A stretch of 63,992 bases of DNA, filler included, from an uncultured Methanosarcinales archaeon (lineage in GTDB: Archaea > Nanobdellota > Nanobdellia > Woesearchaeales > CALCXY01), in NCBI GenBank assembly GCA_964385185.1. It is 4 parts of 4 records of this genome, joined end to end, with 100 filler letters (N's around TTAATTAATTAA, not from the genome) between each part and the next. Parts side by side here need not be neighbours in the genome. Positions count along the whole stretch, not along the records: positions 50,953 to 61,924 come from CAYLOA010000029.1; positions 62,025 to 63,992 come from CAYLOA010000075.1; 2 more parts are not named here. One strand, written 5' to 3'. The notes beneath the pieces were generated by a model. The model was not told the origin of the DNA. It saw only the letters and a list, made by a program, of their open reading frames with translations, and ran no database searches. The position numbers and the translations under genes are program-made. This document shows, in pieces, positions 58,982 to 63,992 of the stretch; position 1 is the first letter of the stretch, and each line of letters begins with the position of its first letter.

Positions 58982-60283
58982 ATGGGATTATCACTTGGGA
59001 ACTTTATATGGGATAGGATGAACAAAGGGTTTCATCAAGAGAAAAAAGAACATATTATTCTAGCCCATTAACAGAAAATTATTCACGATTTAATTCAAAC
59101 CATGCAATCCCTAGTAACATTTATCGATAAGCAAAAGGACCATTCATTTATTGGTGAACATCAGGATGAAATTCTAGACATGATGGAAAAAATCTATCAA
59201 TATATTCGTAAAGATGAGAAAATTCATAAGCAAAGTGAAAAAATCTATCAAAAATGTGAATCTTATGTGCGACAGATACATAGACAAATTCAATCTTTTT
59301 TGCCTGACGAAGTTCATAGGCACGACCTTATTCTACAACGGTGCAAAACACAAAATCATGCGATTGAACAATATGAAAGGAAAGAAAAATTGGAAGAAAA
59401 ACTTGTTGAATCTGCTATGATTATTGTAAGGGATAAAAAATCAAGTGAATACAAAAAGGCCTTTGAAGTTGTGGGACAAATTGCTAACTTTTATAGAAAA
59501 TTGTATCCGCTTTTAGCAGCATTTAACAAGTCTATTGGATTACTACTGCATATTGATTTTCTGTTAAAAGAAAAAACAGGTGTTCTCAGTGACAAAGGAT
59601 TTTACTTTGAGGTTGACAAACTATATAGTGCTGATCAAGGGATTCGACTCTCAGGTAATGGATTATCAAGATTTTTTGGGTCTTTTTATTACAATACCTT
59701 AAAGGGTGGGAGCATAGGGGTTTTCAAAGGGATGGACCCCCTTTCAATAGATAAGTATTGTGAAGATAGGCTACAATCACTTCTGCGATTCAAAAAATTT
59801 GAAGCAATTAAGGATGTTAGTGTATTGTTAAAAATATTTTTTATTGTTCAGCATTCAGACAATAATATAGCCTTTATGAAAGAGATGTTTGAACAATTTA
59901 AAAGGCACCCTATGATACACCATCCGAAACTTAAACGGAAATTAGCATTTCTTACCGATCGGGTTGGACTTAAATCAGGAGAGCAAGTGTTTGGTACACA
60001 GAGATATAACACAAATACAATTATGGCTTTATTCCCTATAAAAGGTGCTGAAATCGCTGAAGTAAGGAAAAGTGAAGAGGGATTGAAGTATGCTGTACTT
60101 ACAGGCCAAACAATACATTACATTGATAGTAAAAGAGCAGAGTATGGACTCATTCCTCTTGAAAAATACTTTAGAGATAGTATGAAAGAACTTGTGCCTC
60201 AAGCATATAAAGCAATACAAAAAGAAAAAGGTGTTGTATATATGTGGGTTGAGAGCTATACAAAATTGCGTGGTCAGAGTTAG
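58982..60283 (+). pseudogene. Hypothetical gene with in-frame TAA at 59069 (otherwise CDS 59102-60283)
   Basis: ATG 58982 lies about 24 nt after a TATA box and in frame with the 393-aa ORF. Confidence 0.4.
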
Positions 60284-60669
60284 GGGATCAATTCTAAGAA
60301 TTGTTTTTTTCTTAATATGATTAAAGGGATTTTCTTTGATTTAAGATGCCTTTTTAGTTCTTTGTCTTGGGTTGCGACAATGAATGATTCTTTATTGACT
60401 GTTTCAATAATTAATCTGTCTACGTTTGCGCTTAAGTCAGTCTTTATTTCTGGTATTTTGTATTTTTTTACTAGTTGGAGAGCAATTCTTGCTGCAGATT
60501 TATGTTTTAGTGATTGCTTTTCAATGATGTTTTTTAATTCACCGATGGTCTTGTCTATAATTTTAATTTTGTATTTTGTGGTCATGATCCTTTCTATTTC
60601 TTCGAATATGTCTACCTTGAATTGGGCAGGGATTAAGAGGAAGTTCGTGTCTAAGATGACTGTTTTCAT
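60280..60669 (-). CDS. PIN-domain protein (Fcf1/Utp24-like)
   Basis: ILDTNFL, VATQDKELK. Confidence 0.88.
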   Translation of the reverse strand: MKTVILDTNFLLIPAQFKVDIFEEIERIMTTKYKIKIIDKTIGELKNIIEKQSLKHKSAARIALQLVKKYKIPEIKTDLSANVDRLIIETVNKESFIVATQDKELKRHLKSKKIPLIILRKKQFLELIP

Positions 60670-60700
60670 AGTGGATTGGAAGGTAATAGCCTATATAAAT

Positions 60701-61912
60701 TTAGTCACTTGGGAGGCTAATTCCTTCTGCTTTTAGAAAATGTTTTGATAACTTGATGGTTGCAGTTCCTATGATTATGCTGTATAGTAGGAATGCAAAG
60801 CTGAGATTAATTACTGTGTTTAGTGTTGGGATGTCTAATCCTGCTATGCCTACTAATGATGCTGTTAAGGATAAGACTACAACAGCTACTGCTACTCCTT
60901 TAGATGCATTCAAAGACATGAAGATTATTTCTTTTTGTGAATATTCTTTATTTCTGAAGGTGATATGGAATGTGATGAATCTTATTAATAGGAAGGCTGC
61001 AAATAAGACAGCGGATTTTGTGAGGAATGGACCGTTAAATGGTAGTTTGATGATTAATCCTACGAGGATAAATACTAAAATCTCTAAGATGTTTGATATG
61101 ACTCCTGAAAAGTCGAAGAGTTTTTCCTTTTCTTTTAGATAGATAGCTCCTGTGAATAATCCTAGAGTTGTTACAGCTAGCACACCATTTCCTCCCAAGT
61201 TTTCTGCTAGGATGAAGGTTATTAAAGTAGCAGTTAGGATTGCTAGTGCTGAGAGATCTTCAGAATAATGGTGACGCATGAATTTGAAGATAATAATTCC
61301 TACGAGAATACCTGCACCTATTCCTGCTACAAATTTTAGGGTGAATATTTTTATGATTTCTACTACTTGTGGTGTTTGTGAGTTTAGTATGAAGTCCATG
61401 ACTATGAAGGGGATTAATACCATGATTGGTGTGTTTACGATGGATTCAATTTCTAGGAATGAAACTACTTTTGATTTGGCTTTACCTAGCATGAGTATGA
61501 TTACATCAGGAGATGTTCCTGACATTAATGATGTGAATAATAATAGGAGTGAGATGCTAGTTATTCCGAAAATGAAATAGGTTGCTACACTTAAGAGTAT
61601 GATGTTGAGTATTAACCAGATTACGGAGAATTTTAATGCTTGTGATGAGATTAAGTCAAATTGTTTTAATTTGAAGCCTGCTGAACCTGAGAATACGATT
61701 AATACTAAAGCCATTAATGAGATAACTGCTACGAATTCGTTAGGGAATGTGAAGATTACTTTTCCACCGCTTTTTATTTTTCCTAGGAGAATACCTGCTA
61801 TGAGTAATAATAATAGATTGGGAAGGTGAACTTTTTTACTGATGATTGAAGAGACTAATCCTATTAAGAACACTATTGTTAATAAGGTAAGGAATAATAA
61901 AGGTGTTGCCAT
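60701..61912 (-). CDS. Cation:proton antiporter (CPA1/NhaP-like)
   Basis: GTSPD, EIESIVN, GGNGVLAV, about 12 TM. Confidence 0.85.
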   Translation of the reverse strand: MATPLLFLTLLTIVFLIGLVSSIISKKVHLPNLLLLLIAGILLGKIKSGGKVIFTFPNEFVAVISLMALVLIVFSGSAGFKLKQFDLISSQALKFSVIWLILNIILLSVATYFIFGITSISLLLLFTSLMSGTSPDVIILMLGKAKSKVVSFLEIESIVNTPIMVLIPFIVMDFILNSQTPQVVEIIKIFTLKFVAGIGAGILVGIIIFKFMRHHYSEDLSALAILTATLITFILAENLGGNGVLAVTTLGLFTGAIYLKEKEKLFDFSGVISNILEILVFILVGLIIKLPFNGPFLTKSAVLFAAFLLIRFITFHITFRNKEYSQKEIIFMSLNASKGVAVAVVVLSLTASLVGIAGLDIPTLNTVINLSFAFLLYSIIIGTATIKLSKHFLKAEGISLPSD

Positions 61913-61924
61913 AATGTGTATTTT

Positions 61925-62024
61925 NNNNNNNNNNNNNNNNNNNNNNNNNNNNNNNNNNNNNNNNNNNNTTAATTAATTAANNNNNNNNNNNNNNNNNNNN
62001 NNNNNNNNNNNNNNNNNNNNNNNN
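61925..62024. other. Artificial contig-joining linker
   Basis: N + TTAATTAATTAA + N. Confidence 0.95.
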
Positions 62025-62103
62025 TCGATGTTGCGACAGCTGGAACTACGTTTGTTAAGTCTTTTTCTGTTACCTGTACACCAGGCGAAACTTGAAACGC
62101 CAT
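62025..62103 (-). CDS. Start of T4-like tail sheath protein gp18
   Basis: MAFQVSPGVQVTEKDLTNVVPAVATS; SD AAGGAG. Confidence 0.8.
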
Positions 62104-62198
62104 TCCAATCTCCTTAAATAGAAATGTTATTATATCTATTTAGTCTTTTGATGTTTTTGACTTTACTGGTTTTATACTATTTTTAAGGTATAATGGAT

Positions 62199-62206
62199 TA
62201 TAAATA
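62199..62206 (+). promoter_or_regulatory. T4-type late promoter TATAAATA
   Basis: Exact consensus 5 nt before ATG 62212. Confidence 0.55.
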
Positions 62207-62211
62207 ATTTT

Positions 62212-62514
62212 ATGACACATTACGAGAAATATAAAGAAACTATTAAAAGAGGAATAAGAAAGGCCGAAAGAAAACGTGATATATGGATTAACGAATATCT
62301 TGCCGAGAAGATATGTATATATTGTGGGGAAGCAGAAACGTGTGGATTGGTATTCTACCCTGACAACAAAGAAATCAGAAAGCTTTCAAGATCAAAAGGA
62401 CTTGGAGAAAAACTTAGATTACCAATATTGGAAAAGATACAATCGAATCAGATTGTGTGTGTAATGTGTGAGACTAAACTAAGGAATGATATTCAGTTAT
62501 CACCAATCTTGTAG
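62212..62514 (+). CDS. HNH-like Zn-binding protein, catalytic residues apparently lost
   Basis: CIYCGE...LVFYP...CVMCE. Confidence 0.6.
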   Translation: MTHYEKYKETIKRGIRKAERKRDIWINEYLAEKICIYCGEAETCGLVFYPDNKEIRKLSRSKGLGEKLRLPILEKIQSNQIVCVMCETKLRNDIQLSPIL

Positions 62515-63992
62515 GTATTCTCTATTAGAAGATACAACTGGATTCCATACTGAACCAAATTCATCAATATTTTCTCCAATCTTTTCTCCATGCTCATCTC
62601 TAACACCATCTAAGACAAAACCAAATGGAGCCATATCTTGGTCAACTAAATCTTCTTTCTCTTTCCAAAGTTTTTTACGAATATCCATATCTGTCAATTC
62701 TTTAAAATAAGTCTGGTCTGTCAACCATGCAAACAGTACTAAACACATCACTAGGTCATCAGTATTTCCATCAGAACCTTCCCACGATTGGCCTTTTCCC
62801 ACAAAGGAAAATAGTTCTGCAATAGTATCAAAATCACAAACTAATAGTTTATCATCTTCCATAAGAGTTTTTAGGTTAGAACACCCCACCTTTTTAAGAG
62901 ACTTGGTGGTTCGTACACCTAATTGAGCTTTCTTTCCTGAGAAACCACCCCCAGCAATCTGACCATTTCTACCATGTTGTGTAGTCATAATCAAATTATC
63001 ATACTCCATATCAAACTGCATCGCATCTGCAACTTGAGCTCCAATGTCATTAATTTCAACCATAACATATGCAAGGTTATAAGCTTGTGCAACCTTATAT
63101 ATAACTGTTGGAAATACCATTGGTTTAATTTCATTATCTCTATATACTGCAACCTGTCTATAAGGAACTTCTGAAACATCCATCACCACAAATGCAGAAT
63201 AATCATTTGTCACTCCCCTAGATACATCAACGGTTATTACATATGCAGCTTCAGGATTTGGTTTTTCATATACTCGTAATCCTGCATTATTAGTTATTGG
63301 TGTTGTATGGGATAAAACTCCTAATTTTTTAGCATGAATTAAGGTATTAGAAGAACCTAAAAAAGAACAATCAAACTCTGTCTGAAACTGTTCCTCCCCA
63401 ATATTCTTGATAGTTTCTTCTTTCCACTCCTCATCACGGCCTGGAATCTCACTCCAATGTACCTCTATGGGAATGTAAGTGTTATTACCATTCTCTGCAT
63501 CGTTCCATAACTTGTAAAACATATTCATTCCATTTGGTGTACTCACCATCATTACTTTGGATTCTTTACCAGAAGAAATTGTAGGATATACTGAACTGAG
63601 AAATTGAGCTGCAATGTTATTAGGAACATAGGCAAACTCATCTAGAAAGATAATGTTGTAGGATCCACCTCGAACGGCAGAAGCAGAAGTTGAACTGGCC
63701 AGAATCTTTGAGCCATTCTCTAATTCCAAAGACCCTTTGTTCCATGTCATAACTCCTTGTTGCAACCAATCGGGAAGATGTTCGTATGCAAGTTGAAGTC
63801 TACTGAGTAAGTCTCTTGCAGTTACAGCTTTGTTTGCAAGGATTGCAACACTTACTGTGGGATTAAACAAACAGTAATGTAACAGATATGCAATGATTGT
63901 AGTGGATTTTCCAGACTGTCTAGGAAGTTTGCAGATAGTAAATCTTTCCGTATGGAAAGTCCACATCATCTGTCTTTGGAATTCATAGAGTT
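62500..63992 (-). CDS. T4-like terminase large subunit gp17 (5' end beyond window)
   Basis: PRQSGKST, FLDEFA, STPNG, VDVSRG..DYSA, DDLVM; frame open to window end. Confidence 0.93.
   Translation of the reverse strand, partial: LYEFQRQMMWTFHTERFTICKLPRQSGKSTTIIAYLLHYCLFNPTVSVAILANKAVTARDLLSRLQLAYEHLPDWLQQGVMTWNKGSLELENGSKILASSTSASAVRGGSYNIIFLDEFAYVPNNIAAQFLSSVYPTISSGKESKVMMVSTPNGMNMFYKLWNDAENGNNTYIPIEVHWSEIPGRDEEWKEETIKNIGEEQFQTEFDCSFLGSSNTLIHAKKLGVLSHTTPITNNAGLRVYEKPNPEAAYVITVDVSRGVTNDYSAFVVMDVSEVPYRQVAVYRDNEIKPMVFPTVIYKVAQAYNLAYVMVEINDIGAQVADAMQFDMEYDNLIMTTQHGRNGQIAGGGFSGKKAQLGVRTTKSLKKVGCSNLKTLMEDDKLLVCDFDTIAELFSFVGKGQSWEGSDGNTDDLVMCLVLFAWLTDQTYFKELTDMDIRKKLWKEKEDLVDQDMAPFGFVLDGVRDEHGEKIGENIDEFGSVWNPVVSSNREYLQDW

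Larger units (their letters stand above)
62025..63992 (-). mobile_element. T4-like myophage fragment (separate contig)
   Basis: gp17-gp18 gene order, bacterial SD, T4-type late promoter. Confidence 0.85.

Noticed and set aside
62025..63992. Integrated provirus of the archaeon
   Set aside because: No junction with host DNA; separate contig with bacterial-phage signals.

Overview
The window is a concatenation of four unrelated-order contigs joined by artificial 100-nt N-TTAATTAATTAA-N linkers (26078-26177, 50853-50952, 61925-62024), plus one scaffold gap (46801-46900). Contigs 1-3 (1-61924) come from an AT-rich archaeon, inferred to be DPANN/Woesearchaeota-like. The evidence is archaeal ribosomal proteins, RadA/RadB, fibrillarin/Nop5, Rpo7/Spt4, aMBF1, SecDF, tRNA-Phe, mostly leaderless TATA-box promoters and little metabolism. 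These contigs also carry a type IV pilus-like ATPase/platform pair, bacterial-type AspRS and Tgt next to gatCAB, three tandem ATP-grasp genes (one circularly permuted) and an IntI-like tyrosine recombinase with an att-like hairpin at a contig end. Contig 4 (62025-63992) is a T4-like bacteriophage fragment (gp17 terminase, start of gp18 sheath) and is probably a binning contaminant. The strongest unexplained signal is a family of five GC-rich intergenic double-hairpin elements (17893, 22891, 38367, 44495, 48485) with compensatory base changes and a common orientation. There are also several structured leaders (radA operon, rps2, rpl1, P0-P1 spacer) and small ORFs absent from the ORF track. All calls are by motif recognition only; no database searches were run.
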